Assembly: GCF_001194135.2 (NCBI RefSeq)
Contig: NC_068986.1
Location: forward strand, 51,897,740-51,947,074
Direction of reading: 5' to 3'
Origin: Octopus bimaculoides
Lineage: Eukaryota
DNA: 49,335 nt
Position numbers and translations under genes: made by a program
Shown here: piece by piece, positions 1 to 10,289 of the stretch
How positions within the stretch are numbered: the stretch's first letter is position 1
Layout: each line of letters opens with the position of its first letter
The notes under the pieces: model-generated
Told to the model about the DNA's origin: nothing
The model's input: only the letters and a program-made list of their open reading frames with translations
Database searches by the model: none

Positions 1-800
1 ATTTATTCAACTGGACAGCCTGTTTCACCGTACATTCGGGTTGAGAACGTTGGACAACTTCCAAAAGTCCTTAACCTGGCAATGCTACAGAGGTGCCTTG
101 CCCGTTTGGGATAAGCTTGCAAGACACGGTAAGCGTCAGTCAGCGATCTGTCCAAGATGCGGGGGAGACAGGGAAACCGTCCCTCATGCTATTGTTCAGT
201 GTCCGGAGATATCTGAAATGTGGGCTTATGCTGAACACCTGTTGTCCGGCGAAGGAAGAGTACAGCTGTCGACTGAGTCAATTATAAAAATTGACCCANN
301 NNNNNNNNNNNNNNNNNNNNNNNNNNNNNNNNNNNNNNNNNNNNNNNNNNNNNNNNNNNNNNNNNNNNNNNNNNNNNNNNNNNNNNNNNNNNNNNNNNNN
401 NNNNNNNNNNNNNNNNNNNNNNNNNNNNNNNNNNNNNNNNNNNNNNNNNNNNNNNNNNNNNNNNNNNNNNNNNNNNNNNNNNNNNNNNNNNNNNNNNNNN
501 NNNNNNNNNNNNNNNNNNNNNNNNNNNNNNNNNNNNNNNNNNNNNNNGTGCAAGGAACCGTGTGAATAGTCAGAAAAAAAAAGAAAAAAAAAGGTGCCAG
601 CGATAGATCGGGGCTTGTGGGGTCGGAGCGTGGCCTGATCATCGCTTCGTTTGTGTTGTCTAACGTACTGTTAATATCATTCGATTTTTTATATTTTATA
701 AGATTTTTAAAGTCATATTTATGTAAACCATTCGCATTACTGATCCCAATCAGTTGTTTTGTACCATTCTATGTTTGGCCCCCTGTGGGCAATAAAGAAA
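1..800 (+). mobile_element. Tx1/L1-like LINE, 3' end of ORF2 plus 3' UTR (spans a gap)
   Basis: WQCYRGALPVWDKLARHG...CPRCGGDRETVPHAIVQCP is the C-terminal CCHC (zf-RVT-type) motif of L1/Tx1 ORF2. A stop near 567 is followed by an A-rich tract and AATAAA near 791. Confidence 0.8.
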
Positions 801-965
801 TTGGTATTTCGTCCGTCTGCACGTTCTGAGTTCGAATTTCACCGAAGTTGACTATGCTTTTCATCCTTTTTCGGGTGGATAAAATAAGTACAGTTGGACA
901 CTGGGGTCGATGTAATCGACTTACCCCCTCCCCCGAAATTGCCGGCCTTGTACCAAAATTGGAAA
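800..965 (+). mobile_element. SINE family B (tRNA-derived), partial
   Basis: ttctgagttcgaattt...tttcatcc...gataaaataagtac...ggggtcgatgtaatcgact; the same motif string recurs at 13670, 16680, 17045, 19228, 19460 and 43965. Confidence 0.8.
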
Positions 966-991
966 ACAATATATGCATACATAAATGCGCC

Positions 992-1135
992 TGACTTAGT
1001 GGTTAGATATTCTGTTTTAAAGTCGTGAGTTCGATTTCCAGCAGCCCGTTGTGTCTTCGAGCAAGATACCTTATTTCACGTTGCTCAACAGGCAAAAATG
1101 AGCTGTACTTGTTATTCAAATGGCCAGTTCTGTCT
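992..1135 (+). mobile_element. SINE family C (tRNA-derived), degenerate
   Basis: A box ttagtggttag, B box gagttcgattt, then gttgtgtcttcgagcaag...atttcacgttgctc as in the copy at 23587. Confidence 0.7.
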
Positions 1136-1462
1136 CATTCTGTGCTACACCGAATCTCTTCGAGAAGTCAGCAGCCAAGTAGCTATAGAAAACTGGTGCT
1201 ACTAATTTGGATACCGTAATCGTTAACATTCTGTTTAATAGCAGGGGCTGGGCAACAGGCATCTCAGTCTGCACACTATCAAGGTATGATATATGTAACC
1301 TATATAGTGCATTTATAAACAAGGCTAATTTAGCTGTTTCTCCGCAGACTCCCAAAAATGATGAACAACTTTAATCGATTTTCGAATCTTATTATATTCT
1401 CATCCGAGGCGTCAACAATAATTTGAACAATTCCAGAGAAACAAGCAGTCAATATTTACTCG

Positions 1463-1465
<3 letters not shown>

Positions 1466-1497
<32 letters not shown>

Positions 1498-1762
1498 GCA
1501 CACACACACATACATACACACGTACACACACGCGCGCGCACGCACACACACAAGCATACACACATATATGCATATTTTTGCATACATTTATATATATGAG
1601 CATAGCGATATCATATATATGTGCATGAACTTGTGCGCGTGTGCGCGAGTATGCGTGTATTTGTCTGCATACGCGTGTGCGTGTGCGTGTGTGTGTATAT
1701 GTGTGCGTGTGTGTGTGTGTGTGTACGCGTGTGTGCGTGTGTGTGTGTGCGTGTGCATGTAA
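1466..1762. repeat. Compound microsatellite (TA)n-(CA)n-(TG)n
   Basis: Directly visible. Confidence 0.95.
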
Positions 1763-2280
1763 TGTGATCGTACGTGAATGTGTGGACAGCTACATAAAAG
1801 AATTCAAACTTCTTCCAAAGGAGAACAAAGGAACAATAAACTGTGAGAAAAGGAAAAAGGTGAAATAAGTGCAGAAAAGAAAGAAAAAAAGGTGCAAAAA
1901 TTATATCAAAATAGAGAAACGGACAAGACAATTCGATAATATTTATTTCTTCAAGCAAATAAATATATAATGCAGGAATTATAAATTTTCATCACGCAAA
2001 ATATTATTTGTTTCGTTTTAGTTATAAGTATGATTTTATTATTATCGGAAATAAGGAACAAATTAATTACGTGCTTCCGATTTATTTTTATTTTTTTTGC
2101 CATATAAAAATTTTCAGAGATAAAAATATAATAATTAATCAATAAATTGTAAACGTTCAATTTGGAAATCGTTCAAAAAGCTCGCTTTGCACCCGAGTGG
2201 TTTCGAGATCAAACCTACTGCGCGATATACGGTACATTGGACAAATATATTCTAGTATTGTCCTGCTGGATTGACCAATA

Positions 2281-2478
2281 CCTTGTTATCTTTTACCTGT
2301 TATCTTTTCTTGTTTCAGTCATTTGACTGAGGCCATGCTGGGGCACCGCCTTGAAGGGTTTTAATCGAACAAATCGACCCCAGGACGTATTTTCTTTTGA
2401 AGCCTAGCCACAATGACGTAAACACTAGTTGTCAGGGTTTGAGGGGACAAACACAGACAAACATACACACACATATAT
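2281..2478 (-). mobile_element. SINE family A, 3' part
   Basis: Reverse complement of the tail of the copy at 2704-3172 (cttgtttcagtcatttgactg.ggccatgctgg). Confidence 0.8.
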
Positions 2479-2479
2479 A

Positions 2480-2650
2480 CAAGAGGGTGGTGAAAAGTTC
2501 CTAGGTTTGGGTAGAAGAAAATACAGGAGGATAAATTAATTATGATTTTATTCAACATATTCCCCTCTCAGATTCACACACTTATTGCAGCGGTCCTTCA
2601 GTTCCTCTAAGCCCTGTAAAAGAACTCGGAATATCATCCAACGCAAAACT
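2480..2650 (-). mobile_element. Mariner 3' end remnant with TIR
   Basis: Minus strand encodes GLEELKDRCNKCVNLRGEYVE*, a typical mariner C-terminus. It is followed by a TIR (caagagggtggtgaaaagttcc) next to TA. Confidence 0.75.
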
Positions 2651-2703
2651 ATAGAAAGCAAAAGGTGGAGACTTCCAGATGATGAATTTCTAAGTATAAA
2701 TAT

Positions 2704-2859
2704 ATGTGGTAAGTAGCTTCCTTACCAACCACATGGTTCTGAGTTCAGTCCCACTGCGTAGCTCCTTGGGCAAGTGTCTTCTACTTTAGCCTCGGGCCGA
2801 CCAAAGCCTTGTGAGTGGATTTGGTAGTCGGAAACTGAAAGAAGCCCGTCGTATATATG

Positions 2860-2943
<84 letters not shown>

Positions 2944-3172
2944 TGTGTGTGTGTGTGTGTGTGTGTGTTTGTGTGCCTATGTTTGTCCTTCCACCATCGC
3001 TTGACAACCGATGCTGGTGTGTTTACGTCCCCGTAACTTAGCGGTTCGGTAAAAAGTGTCCGATAGAATAAGTACTAGAGTTACAAAGAATAAGTCCTGG
3101 GATCGATTTTCTCGACTAAAGACAGTGCTCCAGCATAGCCGCAGTCAAATGACTGAAACAAGTAAAAGAGTA
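2704..3172 (+). mobile_element. SINE family A, near full length, with internal microsatellite
   Basis: tRNA-like head (gtggtaag...gagttcagtccc) and CORE-like cttgggcaagtgtcttc segment, then internal (TA)(TG)n and tail ...aatgactgaaacaagtaaaaga. Resembles the described octopus tRNA-derived SINEs (family assignment inferred). Confidence 0.9.
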
Positions 3173-3218
3173 TAGATCCAACTTACACAGAGTACAAACG
3201 ACAGAGAAAAGTAAAGGG

Positions 3219-3348
3219 GGCTCGGAGACCCATGATAATGCTGGTAGATGTGGTTCATCGCAATAAGTGGCCGTAATGGATATAAACAACATTGGATAAG
3301 ACGAACCTCAATCATCAAGGTAGAGAAGATCTTACATTTCAGATTTTA
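3219..3348. repeat. Unclassified interspersed repeat, copy 1 (inverted relative to 4968-5095)
   Basis: Its reverse complement aligns by eye with 4968-5095 over about 125 bp. Confidence 0.8.
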
Positions 3349-3434
3349 ATGTAGAGAATGGAAATGACAAAATACCCGCTAACGATCGTTGTATCTAAGT
3401 GCTTGAATAGGAGCGTAAAATTATAGTACGGAAA

Positions 3435-3473
<39 letters not shown>

Positions 3474-3496
3474 ATATATATATATATACATACATA

Positions 3497-3919
3497 TGTC
3501 TTGCAAACAACTCGCACATGCAAGTGCTACCAGTCGAAAACTCCGCATACCGGAAGCCATCAAGTGTATGGGGTCACCAAGAGAGAATACGCGCCGTTTC
3601 GGGGCCTACCTCTCGACGACATCAATGCTCACTGATATGAGACCCCGCTTGCTAGATCAACTGATTATTAAAAAACAAAGCTCAATATTTCTCTACCCAT
3701 CACTCGTCGTCTCTTTTTAACCAAATCCAGTGGCTAGCCTTCTCCACTGTATTTTGGATATCGGTCATGGTGGTATTTACCTTACGATGAGTTAGGCCTA
3801 ACGATAACAGCGGTCGTCTCACACTGTGTCCTACAAACCCCCTACATCCAACTTCTATTGGAAAATGCTCTGCTTTCCAACCTGCGTCTTCACATTTCTC
3901 GAGGAGGTTTACATAACGG
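3497..3919 (-). mobile_element. HERO-clade (restriction-like endonuclease) LINE, 3' end
   Basis: RYVNLLEKCEDAGWKAEHFPIEVGCRGFVGHS...VEKASHWIWLKR* matches the HERO RLE C-terminus (PIEVGCRGF, EKAS.W.WLKR). An about 200-nt 3' UTR runs into (TA)/(TAGA)n. Confidence 0.85.
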
Positions 3920-4741
3920 NNNNNNNNNNNNNNNNNNNNNNNNNNNNNNNNNNNNNNNNNNNNNNNNNNNNNNNNNNNNNNNNNNNNNNNNNNNNNNNNN
4001 NNNNNNNNNNNNNNNNNNNNNNNNNNNNNNNNNNNNNNNNNNNNNNNNNNNNNNNNNNNNNNNNNNNNNNNNNNNNNNNNNNNNNNNNNNNNNNNNNNNN
4101 NNNNNNNNNNNNNNNNNNNNNNNNNNNNNNNNNNNNNNNNNNNNNNNNNNNNNNNNNNNNNNNNNNNNNNNNNNNNNNNNNNNNNNNNNNNNNNNNNNNN
4201 NNNNNNNNNNNNNNNNNNNNNNNNNNNNNNNNNNNNNNNNNNNNNNNNNNNNNNNNNNNNNNNNNNNNNNNNNNNNNNNNNNNNNNNNNNNNNNNNNNNN
4301 NNNNNNNNNNNNNNNNNNNNNNNNNNNNNNNNNNNNNNNNNNNNNNNNNNNNNNNNNNNNNNNNNNNNNNNNNNNNNNNNNNNNNNNNNNNNNNNNNNNN
4401 NNNNNNNNNNNNNNNNNNNNNNNNNNNNNNNNNNNNNNNNNNNNNNNNNNNNNNNNNNNNNNNNNNNNNNNNNNNNNNNNNNNNNNNNNNNNNNNNNNNN
4501 NNNNNNNNNNNNNNNNNNNNNNNNNNNNNNNNNNNNNNNNNNNNNNNNNNNNNNNNNNNNNNNNNNNNNNNNNNNNNNNNNNNNNNNNNNNNNNNNNNNN
4601 NNNNNNNNNNNNNNNNNNNNNNNNNNNNNNNNTATATACACACATACATATATCTTGGCACTGTGTTTATTGATCACCTGTATTTTACCCAATCACAGAA
4701 CAGCGTCTAATCTTGCTGTTTACAAAATTTATGTGTACATC

Positions 4742-4781
<40 letters not shown>

Positions 4782-4967
4782 TGTGAAGATAGATTGACAA
4801 ACAAATAGAATTGGATGTGTGTATTTGCGAGATTGTAGCAAAAAAGAAAAAAAAAAAGAATCACTCGGGGTGTGATAGGAAAGAAATGTATGAAAGGAAA
4901 CAGATGTGTAAGAAGAGAAAGAATGGAAAACAATTGACAACGAGAGAAGAGAATTTGAAAGAAATAT

Positions 4968-5095
4968 ATTAAGATCTGAAATGTAAGATCATCTCTGCTC
5001 TGATGACCGAGGCTCGTCTTATCCAATATTGATTGCATCCATTACGCCACATATTGTGATGAATCACACCTACTAACCTTATGGATCTCCAAGCC
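4968..5095. repeat. Unclassified interspersed repeat, copy 2
   Basis: ctgaaatgtaagatc...ctcgtcttatccaat...catccattacg...gatgaa matches the reverse complement of 3219-3348. Confidence 0.8.
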
Positions 5096-5288
5096 TCCAG
5101 AAACAGCAGTTGGACTGACAAGCTGAATCTGTACAAATGAGCTAACCACTCTCAATGTATAGTTCCGATGATAGTTGAAGTGGTTGATTTACACTTAGAA
5201 ATAAGACTCTTAATGTGGCCAACACTAAGTTTCTTTATTTCCGTTAAAGTACCCTTTCCAATATGTTTTGGATTGAAAGATAATGATA

Positions 5289-5760
5289 GGCGTAGGCGTG
5301 GCTGTGTGGTAAGAAACTTGCTTACCAACCACATGGTTCCAGGTTCAGTCCTACTGTGTGACATGTGGGGCAAGTGTCTTACAATATAGCCTGGGACCTA
5401 CCAAAGCCTTGCGAGTTGGGACACGAAAACTGACAGAAGCCTGTCTGATACATATATATATATGTATATGTATATATACATGTGTGTGTATGTGTGTGTA
5501 TGTGCATATCTGCGGGAGGGAGCTTGCCTCCTTTGTCACTTTAGCGACGTATATATTTCTGCCTTTAGGTTGTAGAATTGCAAATTAGCCACCCACCCCC
5601 ACACACACACATATATATATATATATATACATGCTTACGTCTTCTCAACGTACCGGTTCGGCAAAAGAGACCGATAGAATAAGTCGTAGGCTTGATTTAT
5701 TCCACTAAAACCCCTTCAAGGCAGTGCTGCAGAATGGTCGTAAAAAGTAAGAAGTAAAAA
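5289..5760 (+). mobile_element. SINE family A
   Basis: Head ggcgtggctgtgtggtaagaaacttgcttaccaaccacatgg, internal microsatellite, tail ccgatagaataag...gcagtgctgcag. Confidence 0.85.
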
Positions 5761-5888
5761 ATAAAAGATAGAAAGTATAGGTAAACATTAATTTTCTGAA
5801 CATTTAACTCCAAAGCCTTTCCGGACTACTGATTTTTCCGGACTAGATATGCCAAACTACTCTAAATTAAAACAATTGATAAATTTAC

Positions 5889-6202
5889 TTAATCCAACGA
5901 AGTCCCGGTACTGTACATTGATGTATTCGATACAAGTTTCTCAGGTCTGTAGTATACAAGGTAAATGGTCTGTGCCAAGAACCAGTAAATTAGTCTGGTG
6001 ATCGCGGCAATTTGAAGTTCTTGCTCGTAAATTAATGGGAAAATTAGAAGTTCTGCACCATCAGTCACCGTAAACTCGGTGTTGTACCTGTATTTCCAGC
6101 TCTGAAGGTGTAATTTGAATAGTTTGTAGACTTCGTAGCTGAGTACATTGCTGAATAAGTCCTAGACGAGTCCAACACACATCTAGAGTTGTAAACGTAA
6201 CA
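5889..6202 (-). other. Candidate pair of spliced exons (6088-6202, 5889-5946), product unknown
   Basis: Splice signals ttttcag|...CAG|gtacaa and tactacag|...TAA|gtaaat. The joined frame is open: CYVYNSRCVLDSSRTYSAMYSATKSTNYSNYTFRAGNT-DLRNLYRIHQCTVPGLRWI. No homology recognised. Confidence 0.2.
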
Positions 6203-6289
6203 CTGAAAATGATAGTGACTATATACTAGACTTTGGCCCTTTGGCCCTTCTGAGACACCTCCTTGAAGTGTATAGCCGAACAATTCGAA

Positions 6290-6392
6290 GCCAGTACTTA
6301 TTTTTTAAGCCTGGTACTTTTCTGTCAATCTCTTTTGTGGAACCGCTAAGTTACGGAGAGGTTAACAAACCAACACCGGTTGTCAAGTGATG
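6290..6392 (-). mobile_element. SINE family A, internal fragment
   Basis: agtacttatt...aagcctggtactttt...gaaccgctaagttacgg...caacaccggttgtcaag. Confidence 0.75.
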
Positions 6393-6898
6393 TATGTTCT
6401 TTTAGCACCTGGCTAGATAGAAGTTCATCATCCTTTAAAATCTGAAGGTCTTGCAGATTTTTATAGTCCCCGCTATCACAAACATTTGAGGTGCATGAAT
6501 TAAGGAGTTGCCTCCTCTCCCCATGAAAACGTTTCCCGATGCTCCAATAATAATAGGTATGGAGGGGAGAAGTGTATCTTCGGTGCTGGATTTCCAAACT
6601 CCTTGCAAATGGTGCACAGGTGTCCCCTTTCTCTTGTATTATTCTATGCATGTATGTATGAATGTATGCACGTATGCGTGACTTTGTGTGTGTGCGTTTG
6701 CGTGTATGTATATATGTATGTATGTATATATATACATATACGTATACATACATTTATACATACATATATACATACATATATACATACATACATACACACG
6801 ACTCAAATATTGTGTTATTTTCTCACATCTTTTTAATTCCAACGCACAGGCAGACACACAAAAATATACACACGCACACACTCACACATGCAAACGTG

Positions 6899-6938
<40 letters not shown>

Positions 6939-7764
6939 GCACACAAGCTTTCTTTCACTACTTCATTTGTTAGTCTTTATGGCAATCACTCATTATTATA
7001 TTGTCAAAAGGAGCATTTAAATAAGAACGAAACCTGCATCGCGAGAGAACATGCTCTACCTTGCCTTTAGCTAATGAGGAAACACACATACACTCACTAA
7101 CTCCCTCTCTCTCTCTCCCCTTCTCTCTCTCTCCCCTTCTCTCTCTATCTCTTTCACAAGCACATCCCAAACACTCACACAGCCCTTTCAAGAGACCTAG
7201 ATCCGATTTAGTAATATCAAGTTTGATTTGACAGGAATTACGTGCTTAATTTTCCTTGATGACTTCCTCATCAAATGTCTTTATAAATTGAAGACTACAG
7301 CTTTTTTTATGTGTTTATTCTTTTGTATTTGTACATGTTTCTACTTATTCGATCTTGACTGCGGTCCACTAAGGTAATGTCATCGTGTTAAAAAAAAAAA
7401 AAGTGAATAAATATTTATCTAAGAAATTAGTAGGAGTTAATCCAATTTCCAAATATTTCAAATGTCAAATAAAATACTTAGCCCACAGACGAACTTGAAA
7501 AGGTGCCTTCTTTAGTTTCTGCAGTCTGTTCGAAAAAATAAAAAACAAACAAAAAATGCCATAATAATCCCCTTTTAAATAGCATGCTTTAATACTTCAA
7601 AGAAAGCAACAACAACAGAAGTCGCTCTTTATCAAGTGTACATACCCACACACATACACACTCAGAGACTCATAAGATAGTGCTAACAGGCTATATTAAA
7701 GATAGCGCACATTGGAAGCAATTCTGCTTTGAAGCAATCATATATATATTCATCCAAACTATAA

Positions 7765-7860
7765 CTTGACACCGGACTGGACCAGGCAAAGCGCAGTGCT
7801 CTTGTGCAAGGCATTACATTCACGTTTCTCCAGTATACTCAGTTAAAATGAAAACCAACC
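7765..7860 (+). mobile_element. SINE family C fragment
   Basis: gcgcagtgctcttgtgcaaggcattacattcacgtttctccagtatactcag is similar to the copies at 23587 and 34140. Confidence 0.55.
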
Positions 7861-9538
7861 AAATACTGATGCAAGAGAGCCCCCTCTCTTTCTCTCCTCC
7901 GTGTAGCCTTTTACACTCTCAATGATCCGGTGAGCTAATACCAGGAAACCTGAAAGAGTGTCTACATCTACTTACGACTACAAAGGTGCCTAAAGTAATT
8001 AACGAAAGCATGATGCATGCTACCATAGGATACTCGCTTTTGTGCGAAGCCTCTGTCTGCCAGTCTCTGTTTGTCTCCATACATACATACATACATACAT
8101 ACATACATACATACATACATACATACATACATGCACACAAAAATACCCTGTTGAATTTCCAATGAAGGAGCTTTGGATCTAGGTTAGGAACCAGCTCTTT
8201 CTCTATTGGTAAGAAATCTTGAAATGAAACTGAATAATGACATACATATATATTGAACGAGCGCATATAAATATAAAAAATGTGAAACCTAATTTCTGTG
8301 TGTCAGTGTATCACACTTCGACTCCTCTCTCACTATTCATTGACACTTTTACTATTGCTCATACTGGGGTGAGAATAATAGTAGGTATAGAGATTGTGAG
8401 GGCGGTGGCGAAGACAGTTAGAGAAAGAGACAGAGGAAGAAAAAGTGAAGGAGAGAAAGAGAGACAAAGAAATTTAGGGAGTGTTGATGTTTTTATTAAA
8501 AGTAGTAGTGGTGATGGTTGTAGTGGGAGTAATAACAAAGAGAAAGAAAGAGTATGTGAGAAAAAGAGGGACTGAACAGTGAACCACCATACTGAACGAT
8601 GATAATAAGGTGATAGTATTAGTATGAGCTGTGGTTGAGATAGAGGCGGAGGCGTTGGTGATGATGGTGGTGGTTGTGTTGGTAGCTGAGGCGGTCAGGA
8701 ATGACGATGAAAGACAGTGGTGATGGTGGTGGAGGGGAAGACGGCGAAGTCAAAGGCATTGATGGTGGTGGTGTCAGAAGTCTGAATGGTATTTGTATAT
8801 GCAGATGTGGTAGTGATGATGGTGGTACTGTTGTTTATCATGTAGCTTTGCAATCAGTCCCAAGTCAACAGATTATATCATTGTTTTGATGAAAATTGTT
8901 GATCGCTTGCAAAAATATTGTTCAAGTTTAATCAAATTTAATATGTACTCAATGCATGAAGTGTCATTGTTGGGCTCAAGGCCTAATGAAGATCCCTCCA
9001 CAGGAGCTAACTTAAAAACCGTCCAATATGGTGGCTTTTAAGCTAGTAAATATATATATATATATATATTGTACAAACATCATAATAGTCGTCGTCGTGG
9101 CTGATAAAGTATGTTTGTAAGTATCTAGATATACTTCGTGCAGGCAGTATCGTCTACCAGTAATAATTCAGTCTGCCTAACTGTTGGCCTGTCCGTCAGT
9201 CTTTCTTTCTCCCTCTCCATCTTATACTTTCTCTCTCATTTCTTTACAGCCTAAATATGTTTCTCTCTCCCCTCTCTCTTTCTAACTTTCTTACTTTCTT
9301 TCTCCTTCCATCTTGCATATATTCTTTTATTACTATCTTATTTTTACATTTCCTTGTCTCTGACATAACCGTCTTCTTACACATTCCTTATCTTCATTTC
9401 TGTTACCTACATATGCAAAAACTCATATATTTTCTCCCTCTGATATATTGCTTTATTTTCTAGAATTAGAGAATGATTTATGGATTGCGAGAGAAAAAAA
9501 GCCGCGAGAGAAAGAGGGAGAGGGAGAGAGAGAGACAG

Positions 9539-9609
<71 letters not shown>

Positions 9610-9825
9610 TGCTATGTAGTGAGATGTACATAGGGAAGGAGAGCTTGTGTACTGTGTTCGGTGATACAACAGAGTACTAGTTTGTGTAGTGTGAGTTAAC
9701 TAAACGTTTTGTTTCTCAAAAGAGGTCACGCACAAACAACTAATTATTTTAAAGAAATAAATATTTAAACAGACACACACATACACACATACACACACGT
9801 AGATAGATAGATAGATAGATAGATA

Positions 9826-10102
9826 GAGGCATGGTTGGGAGAAGAAGTCTGCTTTTCAACCACATGGTTCTGGGTTCAGTCCCACTGCATAGCACCTTTG
9901 ATATGTACCTGCTACTATATATCTTGTGAGGGGACTTGGTAGACGGAAACTCAAAGAAGTACGTCGCATGTTTTATATATATATATATACGCGCACAAAC
10001 ACATACATATACACACATCTATCTATATATGTGGGAGCATGAGTGTGTGCTTCGTGTTTATTTTTGCCCCCCCCCCCTGCTTGGCAACCAATGTTGGTTT
10101 GT
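9826..10102 (+). mobile_element. SINE family A, partial
   Basis: caaccacatggttctgggttcagtcccactgc...ggtagacggaaact; body resumes after the microsatellite (ttgcccccc...ggcaaccaatgttgg). Confidence 0.8.
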
Positions 10103-10125
10103 TNNNNNNNNNNATATATATATAT

Positions 10126-10172
<47 letters not shown>

Positions 10173-10289
10173 TACATACATACATATAAACCTATACACA
10201 CGCATACACATACAAACATATATACATGTATGCATTTATGTATCATCTCTTAAATATGTAGAACCCTTTACGAAGACAAGTACTTGTAG

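Noticed and set aside
4990-5030. CTGATGA as a hammerhead or snoRNA box
   Set aside because: No GAAA box after a stem II and no terminal C/D stem; it lies within an interspersed repeat.
7919-8070. Minus-strand peptide with a TM-like stretch (YPMVACIMLSLITLGTFVVVSRCR)
   Set aside because: Weak acceptor, adjacent to a microsatellite and SINE tail, no homology recognised; hydrophobic runs arise easily by chance.
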